Of a DNA stretch of 64,000 bases, positions 28,663-38,504 are shown in pieces (the first letter of the stretch is position 1; every line of letters begins with the position of its first letter). A program made the position numbers and the translations under genes. The DNA lies in the NCBI GenBank assembly GCA_963676915.2, contig CAXXVK010000001.1, positions 32,001 to 96,000 of the forward strand, in the 5' to 3' direction. This DNA is from Myxococcota bacterium (GTDB lineage Bacteria; Myxococcota_A; SURF-8; G963663525). Below the pieces are notes generated by a model. The model saw only the letters and a program-made list of their open reading frames with translations. It did no database searches and had not been told where the DNA came from.

Positions 28663-30087
28663 ATGAGTGGTTATCTGCGCATCATTCAGTTCGCCGTTGT
28701 GTCTTTGATCGGGCTGCTGCCCGGTTTGGCCCTCGCTTCGGAAGGTGGACATGGCGGTCCGGAGTTGGGAAATTTCCTGCCGATGTGGTCGGTCATTCCC
28801 TTCGTGGGTATTTTATTGTGCATCGCCGTGTTGCCTTTGGTGGCCGAGCATTGGTGGGAATCGAATAAAAACAAAGCGATCGTTTCGGCGATTTGCGGCG
28901 TTCCCATGCTGGCGTACCTGCTCCTCGTACATCTGGAGCACGGCGCGACCACCTCTCTCGTACATTCGCTGCACGAATACTATTCCTTCATTATTCTGCT
29001 GGCAAGTCTGTTCACCATTTCCGGCGGAATCTTCCTTGAAGGCGACCTGCGCGCCACCCCGGCGACCAATACGGCTTTTCTGGCCATCGGCGGTCTGCTG
29101 GCTTCGTTCATCGGAACTACGGGAGCGGCGATGCTGCTGATCCGTCCCCTGCTGATGACCAACGCCGAGCGCCATAAGGTCGTGCACATCTTCGTGTTTT
29201 TCATCTTCATCGTCGCCAATATCGGTGGTTCGTTGCTGCCCATCGGTGACCCGCCTCTGTTTTTGGGATTTTTACGGGGCGTTCCCTTCTTCTGGACCTT
29301 CGGTCTGGTTGCAGAATGGGCCACTGCTATCGGTATTCTGCTTGTGATTTTCTACATCTGGGACACGATCGCGTTCAAAAAAGAGACCAAAGCCGACAAA
29401 CTTCGCGACAAAGTGATGCAAATCCCTCTGCGCGTGCGTGGAATGAGCAACTTCCTGCTGCTCGGCGGTGTGGTCGCCAGCGTGATTTTCCTCAAAGACG
29501 ACCTGCAATGGTTCCGTGAGCCGACCATGATTCTGCTGGCGGTGATATCGTTTTTCAAAGATCGTATGGCGAAAAAGAAAGATCCGCAGGTTGCAACGCC
29601 TCGCGAAAAGAACAAATTCACCTTCCACGCCATTATCGAGGTGGCGGTGCTGTTTATCGGCATCTTCATTTGCATGATTCCCGCGCTGGCCCTGCTTCGA
29701 GCCAACGGTGCGGCACTGGGTATCAATCAGCCGTGGCAGTATTACTGGATGACGGGCGCACTCAGCTCGTTCCTCGACAACGCCCCGACCTACCTGACCT
29801 TCTTCACGCTGGCCCAGGCCAACGCGGATTGCGCCGCCCATGCCGCCCAATGCGTACCCATCGCTTCGGGTGGAATCGAAACCATGGTGCTCGTGGCAAT
29901 CTCGCTGGGTGCGGTGTTCATGGGAGCCAACACCTATATCGGGAACGGTCCCAACTTCATGGTCAAAGCCATCGTGGACGAGTCCGGCGTGAAAATGCCG
30001 AGCTTCTTCGGCTACATGGCCTACTCGATGCTGATCCTGATTCCGGTCTTCATCCTGATCACCTTCCTGTTCCCGCTGCTTCACTGA
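28663..30087 (+). CDS. Putative sodium:proton antiporter (ion transporter superfamily)
   Basis: IGTTGAAMLLIRP, GDPPLFLGFL, SSFLDNAPTY and YIGNGPNFMVK motifs; many TM helices. Confidence 0.85.
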   Translation: MSGYLRIIQFAVVSLIGLLPGLALASEGGHGGPELGNFLPMWSVIPFVGILLCIAVLPLVAEHWWESNKNKAIVSAICGVPMLAYLLLVHLEHGATTSLVHSLHEYYSFIILLASLFTISGGIFLEGDLRATPATNTAFLAIGGLLASFIGTTGAAMLLIRPLLMTNAERHKVVHIFVFFIFIVANIGGSLLPIGDPPLFLGFLRGVPFFWTFGLVAEWATAIGILLVIFYIWDTIAFKKETKADKLRDKVMQIPLRVRGMSNFLLLGGVVASVIFLKDDLQWFREPTMILLAVISFFKDRMAKKKDPQVATPREKNKFTFHAIIEVAVLFIGIFICMIPALALLRANGAALGINQPWQYYWMTGALSSFLDNAPTYLTFFTLAQANADCAAHAAQCVPIASGGIETMVLVAISLGAVFMGANTYIGNGPNFMVKAIVDESGVKMPSFFGYMAYSMLILIPVFILITFLFPLLH

Positions 30088-30116
30088 CCGGTTTCCAAAA
30101 GCTTTCAAAGGGTTAC

Positions 30117-30147
30117 AAAGTCCTCGCCACATGGCGGGGACTTTTTT
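30117..30147 (+). terminator. Rho-independent terminator
   Basis: AAAGTCCTCGCC-ACAT-GGCGGGGACTTT followed by a T-run. Confidence 0.8.
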
Positions 30148-30287
30148 ATGCTGGTAATGAATTTTGACGCGAGGTAATGTATGGAATCCGCAAGGATTCG
30201 AGCTTTCATTGTGTCTTGCTCCATCTCAGACAAAAGAACGGGATTGTGATTGTTGCTTCGTTTTGAAAGGATCGGTTCACTGCAAAA

Positions 30288-32987
30288 ATGTTGCGATACC
30301 TGACAAAACGCTTTCATTTGACGCCCCGACAGGTAGCGAGGCTGGGCCATCTTCTGGGATTGGGCGTAACGTTCATGGCGACCAGCGTTTTCGGCTATAC
30401 GGTCGCCAGTTCGCTCTTTCTTACCCGGCTCGGCGCCGGACAGATTCCCTTTGCCTACCTGTTCATGGGGTTGCTGTTCATTCCGATTTATCTCTGGTTT
30501 TCGAGGATCATCGACCGCTTCGACCGCAACCGGCTGATGATCGTCGTCCTGATTCTGGCGACGATGGCTACCGCCGGATTGCGTCTGCTACTACCCATGG
30601 ATCACACGGCGGTTTATTTTGCCGTATACATCTACTATTTCATGATCTGGGTAATGCTGGTGGACATTCTGTTGCCCAGTTTGTTGATGGATTTCTTTAC
30701 GATAGGTGAACTCAAGCAGGCGGCGACGCTCACCGCGTTGTCCATCACCGTGGGGGGATTGTTGGGTGGTGGGTTGGCCGGAGTGCTGTCTCAGTATTCC
30801 AAGACCGAGGATCTGCTCGTCGTTCCGGCGGCGCTGAATATGCTCGGCGTGCTTCAACTGATTTACCTGTCCCAACGGGAAAAACCGCTGCCGACCGAAG
30901 AGGAGAACGACGCCCCCGAAACCCTCCGAGCGCTTCGGGAATTGCCCGGAATCGCCCGGGCGCATCCCATTCTTTTGCTGATCATGACGAGCGTGTTTCT
31001 GTTCATCGTTCTCAATTGCGTGGCCGAGTTCTGCGTCTTTACGATTTATTCCGAAACGTTCCAGGATTCTCGACAGTTGACGGGGTTTCTCGGCGCGTTG
31101 GTCAGTATCCAAAGCCTGCTGCAATTTCTGTTCATCATCTTTCTGACCGGACCGCTGATCCGACGTTTCGGCGTTTTACGAATGAACCTTGTGTATCCGG
31201 TAACGACCCTTGTTTCATTTGTGGCGTTGCGGCTATGGTTCCGTCTTCCCGCCGCCATCGGAGCCCATACGAATTACGACGCTTTTTATCAGAGCATCGA
31301 CAAGCCGACGTTTTCCCTCAACTACAATGCCCTTCCCCCGAGATACATCGGTATGGGTCACGTACTGGGAGACGGCATCGCCTACGTTGTCGGCATTGCG
31401 GCGGCGGGTGTTTTTTTGCTGGTAGCTCGCAACAATCTCAGCACCGATCAGATCGTCCAGGTGGGTATCGTGTTGAGTTGCCTGTTCGTTCTCGTTCGCC
31501 TGTTTCTGGGAAAAAGCTACCTTCGAGGACTGACGACCCTCTTGAGGGAACGACATGTGGATCTGCACCACGTCACCGAAGGGTTTTCCGCCTTGTCGGC
31601 GAAATATTCGAATGAAATCGAAGGCTTATTAGGCAGTAGCGACAACGACCGGCGTCTGTTGGGATTCGAATTCGCCATTCGTTCGAAACATCCGAAACGG
31701 TACTTCGAACGGCTCGAAACGATTCTTCACGACTCTGACGAAGATGTTCGTTCCCAAGCCAAGAGATTGCTTACGGAACATCCTCGGTCGAGTCTCGAAG
31801 GGCTTCGCCTCTCTGCCGGTGTGCATTCGGAAGACGTGAAACGTCCTGTGGAATCTCCTTTGCGTTCTCTTGACGATCTGCTGGCCGATATGGCGTCATC
31901 GAATCGAAAAATTCGGCACCAGACGGCTCACGAACTGGCATTGATGGGAAAACGAAAGCTGAAAGACGTTCGAAAACGGCTGGGTTCTCCATCCTGGTAC
32001 GAGGCGGAAACGGCGGCGCACGCTTTATGTCTTCGACATGGCTGGATCGACGAATTCCGCGTCACGGCGGCCCAGGAAAAACAACTCGCGTTTCTAGCCA
32101 AATCCCTGAAAATAATCGAGAAACTACCTCAAGACGATCCCGCTTGGAGCACTCTGGAACTCGCGATCCACGATTATTGGAAACGTCTGCTGGACCGTAC
32201 TTTTCTTCTGGTCGGAGCGCTCGTCAACGAGAAAACGGCGACCGTCGCACATATCCTTTTAAAAAGCCCGGACAGCCGTATTCGTTCGAATGCGATAGAA
32301 ACCGTTTTATCGTTGGGTAAAGATCGCCTGGTCACGCCTTTGCTGCCGCTTTTCGAATCGTGGGACGGCTCGCGTTTTCGTTTGTCGAGAGAAACCCAGC
32401 CGGGTGACGCCGCCGCGATTCTTCGGGAGGCGGGAGAGGCACCGGACCGTTGGATTCGGATGGGCGCATGGCTCAGTGCTCGAAAATTGAAGTTCGATTT
32501 TGACTGCGAAACATACCCGGAATACAACGGTTCCTCGTTGCAGGAGGAGGCCATGGAAGCCCTTTTTTCGATGAAAAAATCCGTTCTGTTCGAAGCCTTT
32601 TCGCTGGAAGAGTTGCTGGCGGTCTACGACGCCCTGGACAAGCGCAGCTACGAGTCAGGGGAAATCGTTTGCGAACAGGGAGATCCCGAGCAGGCGATTT
32701 TCATTCTTTTGGAAGGAAACGTAGACGTTTTTCGGGAGCAGGATGGAAAACGCACGGTTTTCAGTACATTGGGACAAGGTGAATTCTTCGGTGAAATGTC
32801 CATGCTCGACGGCATCCCCCGCTCGGCGACCGTCGCAGCGGCAAGCGAAGTGAAAGTCCTGCGCTGGACGCCCGATAAATTCCTGAGCCTGACCGAGCAG
32901 TACCCGGAACTTCTGCGTTCCATCGCGAAAACGCTTTCCTTGCGATTGCGTCGGTTCGATCGTCTGGCCGAGTCAGGTCAGGGTTGA
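30288..32987 (+). CDS. MFS/Npt-like membrane domain + HEAT repeats + cNMP-binding domain protein
   Basis: About 12 TM helices, helical HEAT-like middle, C-terminal FFGEMS...PRSATV cNMP motif. Confidence 0.82.
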   Translation: MLRYLTKRFHLTPRQVARLGHLLGLGVTFMATSVFGYTVASSLFLTRLGAGQIPFAYLFMGLLFIPIYLWFSRIIDRFDRNRLMIVVLILATMATAGLRLLLPMDHTAVYFAVYIYYFMIWVMLVDILLPSLLMDFFTIGELKQAATLTALSITVGGLLGGGLAGVLSQYSKTEDLLVVPAALNMLGVLQLIYLSQREKPLPTEEENDAPETLRALRELPGIARAHPILLLIMTSVFLFIVLNCVAEFCVFTIYSETFQDSRQLTGFLGALVSIQSLLQFLFIIFLTGPLIRRFGVLRMNLVYPVTTLVSFVALRLWFRLPAAIGAHTNYDAFYQSIDKPTFSLNYNALPPRYIGMGHVLGDGIAYVVGIAAAGVFLLVARNNLSTDQIVQVGIVLSCLFVLVRLFLGKSYLRGLTTLLRERHVDLHHVTEGFSALSAKYSNEIEGLLGSSDNDRRLLGFEFAIRSKHPKRYFERLETILHDSDEDVRSQAKRLLTEHPRSSLEGLRLSAGVHSEDVKRPVESPLRSLDDLLADMASSNRKIRHQTAHELALMGKRKLKDVRKRLGSPSWYEAETAAHALCLRHGWIDEFRVTAAQEKQLAFLAKSLKIIEKLPQDDPAWSTLELAIHDYWKRLLDRTFLLVGALVNEKTATVAHILLKSPDSRIRSNAIETVLSLGKDRLVTPLLPLFESWDGSRFRLSRETQPGDAAAILREAGEAPDRWIRMGAWLSARKLKFDFDCETYPEYNGSSLQEEAMEALFSMKKSVLFEAFSLEELLAVYDALDKRSYESGEIVCEQGDPEQAIFILLEGNVDVFREQDGKRTVFSTLGQGEFFGEMSMLDGIPRSATVAAASEVKVLRWTPDKFLSLTEQYPELLRSIAKTLSLRLRRFDRLAESGQG

Positions 32988-35122
32988 GCCGCTTTTTTGT
33001 ACCCTTCGAATCGTCGCCGGATTTCGCTGACGTAGCGAACCGGTTCGGAACCTCTGCAATATCCGTAACGTGCATGGCGTGCGTACCTGGGATTGCTTAG
33101 CAGAAGCATGGCTTTTTCCACGTTGCCGAACCAGCGATTCGGATTGAGTTTCAGCGCCTTGGCCAGTCGGCGGGCGTCGAATACGTGGCCCTGTCCTACA
33201 TTGTAAGAGGCGAGCAGAAACCACGTCCGATCCTCCACCGGAAGATCGTCGGGAAAATATTGCTTGAGATAATGAAGGTAGGCCACCCCCGCCTGAATCC
33301 CTTCCAAAGGTCGCGTAAGGTTGTCATAGCCTAAAAATTTCGCCGTGCGCGGCATGACCTGCATCAATCCCAAAGCGCCTGCGAAAGAGCGGGCTTGTGG
33401 ATTGAACTGGCTTTCCTGATACATCTGGGCGACGATCAACCGCCAATCGAAACCGTATTGCTCGGCAAAACCTTTTACGATGTCATCGTAGGGAGAGAGC
33501 TGCCCCTTGGTTTTGGCTCGAAATTCCTTGTGTTTGAGAATTTTCTCTTTGTTGGAGAAATACCGTTTACGGGTCAGATTGTAGAAAACGCCTTTGTATT
33601 CCTTGCGAATGTAACGATTTACTTTATCGAGCAAATCCTTGCTGTTTTTGCGCACCGCCCAGCCGTGGGGAACGGGATCTCCCAGTGCAAAAGCGGCGGT
33701 TACGTCGTCGCGCCAGGTCAATTCGACATCGAGGATGTGGCTGTCCGAAACGGTGAGATCGTAGGTGCCCTCTGCGACTTTGGCGATGATTTCCTCGGTT
33801 TCCATTTCCTCCGGCGCTTCGACCAGTTTCAGGGCGATACCGTTGTTCTGGAGAGTTTCGAGGGTTTTCCAGTAGGAACTGGAGGGGCGCACCACGATGG
33901 TTCGACCGGCAAGGTCTTCTTTCGTTTTCGGCAGCGTCCCGGCTTCTTCCTCGGATTTTCTGGCGACGACGATTTCCGATGCGAAGTTGTAAGGTCTTGA
34001 AAATACGATTTTTTCTCTTTTGGCGCGCTCGTCGCTGGCCGTGAGCGATGCGGCGATGATGTCGCCTTTGCCTTTTCTCAGCCAGGGAATCAGATCGCTG
34101 CGATGGGGTGGTACAACCAACTCCACGCGCAGATTGTGGCGTTCGGCGAAATGCCGGATCAGGTCGTATTCGAAGCCCAGCAATTCACCCCGCCAGATGA
34201 AATAGGTTGCGGCACTGTTGCGCGTAAGCACCCGCAACAACTTTCGTTTTTTGATTTCAGCCCAATCGACCTGCTCCATTTCCTGCATTCCGACCGAAGG
34301 GTTGGCTTTGCTTAAAAACGTATCCAACTCGAACTTCAACTCAGGGCTGTTTTTACGAAAGGCCCAGGCAACGGTTTGTTCTTTGGGGAGGTCGAAAGCC
34401 ACCCGAAGCGAATCGTTGTAGGATTGAAACACGCTGACGAGGTTGTCGTCCGCAATGGTGAGGTCGTATTCTCCTGAGGCGACGGCTCCCATGATTTGCA
34501 GCGTATCCATGGTTTCGTCCACCGGAACGAGGTTCAGGTACGGGTGCTCTTTTTTCAACTCTGTGATGGTTTCCCAGTACGACGAGCTTTTCCGAACCGC
34601 AATGCTCCGGCCCCGCAGGTCGCTCAAGGATTGGATATAGGTTTCGTCGACACGAACCACAACCTGCTCGTTCACGGCCCACAGCGGCACTGAAAAGTCT
34701 ATGGATTTCTTGCGGTTTTCGGTGATCGACAACCCGGCAACGATGATATCTCCCTTCCCTTGATTCAGGTACGGAATCATATCGGCGCGGCTATCGACAA
34801 ACAACTCCACGGGAGTCAGTCCCTGTTCTTTGATGAAACGCAGGGCCAGTTTCCGTTCGTGGCTCTGGGGGAGTCCCATGCGGGGAAGGTAGCTGAACTC
34901 CAGCTTTTTTGGCAGAATCAGGCGAATGGTTCCACGCTTTTGCATGGCGTCGAAGTCGCCTTTTTGGATAGCCCCCCATGGCGGAGTTTTCGACGCGTTT
35001 TCGTCGCCGGTGGTTTTTTCCCGGTTCGAGGAGGAATTCGTGTTGTCTTTTTCATCGGAAAAGCAGGCCAATCCACCGATAAAACCCAACAAAACAAAGC
35101 ATAGGACAAAATGGCGCAGCAT
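32978..35122 (-). CDS. mltF: MltF-like lytic transglycosylase with two substrate-binding domains
   Basis: Two SBP_bac_3-type repeats plus SLT motifs YQESQFNP, GALGLMQVMP and ASYNVG. Confidence 0.85.
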   Translation of the reverse strand: MLRHFVLCFVLLGFIGGLACFSDEKDNTNSSSNREKTTGDENASKTPPWGAIQKGDFDAMQKRGTIRLILPKKLEFSYLPRMGLPQSHERKLALRFIKEQGLTPVELFVDSRADMIPYLNQGKGDIIVAGLSITENRKKSIDFSVPLWAVNEQVVVRVDETYIQSLSDLRGRSIAVRKSSSYWETITELKKEHPYLNLVPVDETMDTLQIMGAVASGEYDLTIADDNLVSVFQSYNDSLRVAFDLPKEQTVAWAFRKNSPELKFELDTFLSKANPSVGMQEMEQVDWAEIKKRKLLRVLTRNSAATYFIWRGELLGFEYDLIRHFAERHNLRVELVVPPHRSDLIPWLRKGKGDIIAASLTASDERAKREKIVFSRPYNFASEIVVARKSEEEAGTLPKTKEDLAGRTIVVRPSSSYWKTLETLQNNGIALKLVEAPEEMETEEIIAKVAEGTYDLTVSDSHILDVELTWRDDVTAAFALGDPVPHGWAVRKNSKDLLDKVNRYIRKEYKGVFYNLTRKRYFSNKEKILKHKEFRAKTKGQLSPYDDIVKGFAEQYGFDWRLIVAQMYQESQFNPQARSFAGALGLMQVMPRTAKFLGYDNLTRPLEGIQAGVAYLHYLKQYFPDDLPVEDRTWFLLASYNVGQGHVFDARRLAKALKLNPNRWFGNVEKAMLLLSNPRYARHARYGYCRGSEPVRYVSEIRRRFEGYKKAAQP

Positions 35123-35449
35123 GACACCTCCCGATCAAATCTGATTTTTTTGAACGAGCTCAGACGATGTAAAAACAACGAAATGAATTGTAATGGATGA
35201 GAAAAGGCTCATCGAAAACAACGTGACATCCACGAGTATAGCCGATTTTAGGGGACGTATGCAAACAGGATGAAGACTCTATGGTTTTCAGCACGATTTC
35301 ATGGGCCTTCCATTGCAACGGTTCCCACGAGCATTTCCCTTCCTTCGCTTGACAATTTCCCAGCCCCGTGCCATGAATATCCTCTGCTATTTCAAAGAGA
35401 TTGCGTATTTTCCGTGGACGGTGGAGACATTTGTATTCAGGAGGACAAC

Positions 35450-36787
35450 ATGGCGTGGATTCGTCGATGGAGTTGGATGTTCGGTGTTCTCGCATGTCTG
35501 GGACTGTTCGGTTGCGGAAGCGACGATAACGAAACGAATCCTTTAGATGGTGACACCGATCAGGTTGCGGAAATCGAAACGGATATGGAAGAAGAGGTGG
35601 TTAAAGAACCCTTGGATTTCGAACCCGCTGCGATCGATTCTGCACCCGATCCTTATGAACCCGGACCGTTTCCCGTGGGTGTCATGACCTTCGATTTCTA
35701 CGACGAAAGCCGTCCCGATGATCTGCGCGATGGTCAAGGACGCTGGCTGCGGGTGGATGTCTGGTATCCCATCAAACAAGAATACAAAGACGGACCGTTC
35801 GAAAAGCTGGACCTGAAAAAGCAGGCCGAAGACATCGACCTGGGCGACAAACAGGACATCATCGCCAACGCCGATCTGCCCCTGATTCAGACCACATCGG
35901 TACGAGATGCCGACATCGATCCCACCCACGGACCCTATCCGCTGATCCTTTTCAGCCACGGTTCCAACGGGATTCGCTGGCAGTCCGTGTTTTACACCGA
36001 GCATCTGGCCAGCCACGGCTATATCGTGATTTCACCCGACCACGATCACAACACCATCTGGGACATTATCCGCGACGGATTCCAGGGTGACAGCCTGATC
36101 AATTCGCTGACGAAACGCCCCGACGACATGAGCTACCTGCTCGACCGTGCGGTAGAGTGGAATCACGACGAAACCAGCGTTTTCTACGGAATGATCAACG
36201 AAGACAAAGTCGGTGTCTCCGGCCACTCGCTGGGCGGCATTACCTCCACGATCATGCCTTGCAAAGATCCTCGTTTCAAAGCCGCCGTGCTGCATTCACC
36301 GAGCATCTCCGCCGGGTACCTGTACGGACTTTGCGACTCCGAAGAATTCCCCGTGCCGAGCATGACCATGGGCGGCACCCTGGACGATACACTTCCCTAC
36401 TGCGGAATGTACTGTGATTACAGGAATATGCTGAATACGACGCAGCCGAAATACCTGTATGAACTCGAAGGTGGCGGACACTTCACCTTTTCCGATATCT
36501 GCCGCCTGGACCTGATTGCAGTCAGCCAGGAATTGGATATGGGGACCGATGCCCAGAACGCGCTTTCGGACGGTTGCGCGGACTACAACGCTCCGTACGA
36601 AGATGCACAACATACCATCAACTACTACGCCACGGCGTTTTTCAACCTCTACCTTCGGGACTCGGAAGGCTCGGAGGACTATCTCGAAGACCGCAGCGAC
36701 GCACCTTTCGACGTGGTGAATTTCTTCACCGGCGAAGTACCGGACTACTGGGGTGAAGGCGGTTGCGACGCCTGCGAGGGAATTTAA
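35450..36787 (+). CDS. Alpha/beta hydrolase lipoprotein (PAF-acetylhydrolase/dienelactone hydrolase-like)
   Basis: Lipobox LFG-C; PLILFSHG, LASHGY, GHSLGG and GGHFTFSD motifs. Confidence 0.85.
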   Translation: MAWIRRWSWMFGVLACLGLFGCGSDDNETNPLDGDTDQVAEIETDMEEEVVKEPLDFEPAAIDSAPDPYEPGPFPVGVMTFDFYDESRPDDLRDGQGRWLRVDVWYPIKQEYKDGPFEKLDLKKQAEDIDLGDKQDIIANADLPLIQTTSVRDADIDPTHGPYPLILFSHGSNGIRWQSVFYTEHLASHGYIVISPDHDHNTIWDIIRDGFQGDSLINSLTKRPDDMSYLLDRAVEWNHDETSVFYGMINEDKVGVSGHSLGGITSTIMPCKDPRFKAAVLHSPSISAGYLYGLCDSEEFPVPSMTMGGTLDDTLPYCGMYCDYRNMLNTTQPKYLYELEGGGHFTFSDICRLDLIAVSQELDMGTDAQNALSDGCADYNAPYEDAQHTINYYATAFFNLYLRDSEGSEDYLEDRSDAPFDVVNFFTGEVPDYWGEGGCDACEGI

Positions 36788-36866
36788 AACGGTAATGCCT
36801 GGGTGCCATAGCCTCACGGACCGAAAGGTCCGGGAGACTGTGCAACCTATTGAAAACACAGGAAGT

Positions 36867-36894
36867 GTAGGTCGGGTGATATCACCCGACCTAC
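36867..36894. repeat. Perfect 28-bp palindrome made of two class A REP halves
   Basis: GTAGGTCGGGTGAT-ATCACCCGACCTAC. Confidence 0.9.
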
Positions 36895-36972
36895 TACATT
36901 TCATGCGGATGGAATCCCTGGGGCAACCCCGCGTGAATTCTTGACAACCTATTGAACTTCAAAGGAAACACC

Positions 36973-38214
36973 ATGAGCACGTTAGCTCTCAAAGGGGGAA
37001 CGCCCGTTCGAAGCGAATCGTTCAAAGCCTGGCCGACCTACGACGAAAACGAGAAGAAACAGCTTCTCGAAGTTTTGGAAAGCCACAATTGGGGCGGTTA
37101 TCCCTACCCCAACACCAAAGCACTGGAACTGGCCCGAAACTTCGCCGCCGCCCACGATGCGGAATACGGCGTCACCTGCGCCAACGGCACGGTTTCTCTG
37201 GAAATCGCGCTGAAAGCGGCGGGTATCGAAGCGGGGCAGGAAGTCATCGTACCGACTTACACCTGGCTGGCAACCGCCGGATGCGCGGTGGAAGTCAACG
37301 CGGTGCCGATTTTCGCGGACGTTCGTCCCGACAACTACACCCTCGATCCCGATCAGGTCGAAGCCCTGATCACCGACCGCACCTTTGCCGTGATTCCCGT
37401 GCACTTGGGGTCGTCCATCGCCGATCTCGACCGTCTGACGGAGATCTGCCGCAAGCACGGCCTGGTTCTCATCGAGGACTGTGCCCACATGCACGGCGGA
37501 AAATGGCGAGGCAAAGGCGTGGGAAGCTGGGGTGACTTCGGTTCGTTCTCCTTCCAGTCTTCGAAGCTGATGACGGCGGGCGAAGGCGGGATGATCACGA
37601 CCTCGAACAAAGAGTATTTCCAGCGGGCGTCGAGTGTGACCAACTGCGGACGCAAAGAGTGGGGATACGATGACTTCGAGGGAGAGGAATTCGGCGGCAA
37701 CTACCGCATGACGGACTTCCAATGCGGCGTCTTGCTGGCACAGCTCGAAAAGTTGGGTGATTTGACGACGTTGCGTGCTTCTCATGCCGGATTGCTGAGC
37801 GACCTGCTCGACGAAATCGACGGCATCACGCCCATTCGTCCGGACGAGCGGGTCACGAGTTCGGCCCACTACCAATACATTTTCCAATACAATCCCGAGG
37901 GATTCAAAGGGCTGCACCGGGATCGCTTCTTGGAGGCAATGGCTGCCGAAGGTGTTGAAATCGATGGTGATTTCTACGAACCGATCCAGGCACGACCGAT
38001 TTTCTCGCCTTCGATCAAGCGCTACCCCCTGTTGAAGGAACGCTATCCGCAAGGCATCGTTGCCGAAAGCGCCGAGACTCCCGTTGCCCACAAGGCGGCC
38101 TACGAAGAAGCCTGCTGGCTGCATTACCCGGCCCTGATGGGAACCGAAGCCGACGTTCGTTCGGTGGCCGAAGCCATTCGCAAAATTCAGGACAACGTGG
38201 ACGAGTTGCTCTGA
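36973..38214 (+). CDS. DegT/DnrJ/EryC1/StrS PLP-dependent aminotransferase
   Basis: NGT, IEDCAH, SFSFQSSKLMTAGEGG and GGNYRMT motifs. Confidence 0.92.
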   Translation: MSTLALKGGTPVRSESFKAWPTYDENEKKQLLEVLESHNWGGYPYPNTKALELARNFAAAHDAEYGVTCANGTVSLEIALKAAGIEAGQEVIVPTYTWLATAGCAVEVNAVPIFADVRPDNYTLDPDQVEALITDRTFAVIPVHLGSSIADLDRLTEICRKHGLVLIEDCAHMHGGKWRGKGVGSWGDFGSFSFQSSKLMTAGEGGMITTSNKEYFQRASSVTNCGRKEWGYDDFEGEEFGGNYRMTDFQCGVLLAQLEKLGDLTTLRASHAGLLSDLLDEIDGITPIRPDERVTSSAHYQYIFQYNPEGFKGLHRDRFLEAMAAEGVEIDGDFYEPIQARPIFSPSIKRYPLLKERYPQGIVAESAETPVAHKAAYEEACWLHYPALMGTEADVRSVAEAIRKIQDNVDELL

Positions 38215-38233
38215 TTCAAGGATGCCGTAATCA

Positions 38234-38390
38234 GTAGGTCGGGCTAATTTTTAGCCCGACACCTTGGCATTGTCGGGCAAGAAATTTGCCCGACCTACCT
38301 TATAGATGGAGCAGGATTGTATCCTACTCCTCACGTTTTAAATTGGGAAAAACCATGCGGACGGGGATGCAATCCCCGTCCATTGGATAG
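38234..38390. repeat. Class A REP doublet (38234-38298) plus class B doublet (38303-38390)
   Basis: Two inverted GTAG-REPs with an ACCTTGGCATT spacer, then TAGATGGAGCAGGATTGTATCCTACTCC ... GGACGGGGATGCAATCCCCGTCCAT. Confidence 0.9.
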
Positions 38391-38443
38391 GCTCTTAGTC
38401 ATCTGTATTGGGATAGATTCCTTACCCGACGACTGAAAAATTA

Positions 38444-38476
38444 AACGCCTGCCGGGAGAAATTTCCGGCAGGCGTT
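38444..38476 (-). terminator. Probable terminator of the 38505-41594 gene
   Basis: AACGCCTGCCGG / CCGGCAGGCGTT 12-bp stem with an A-rich left flank. Confidence 0.7.
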
Positions 38477-38504
38477 CGTGTTTGAACCTTATCGATGATT
38501 GGGA

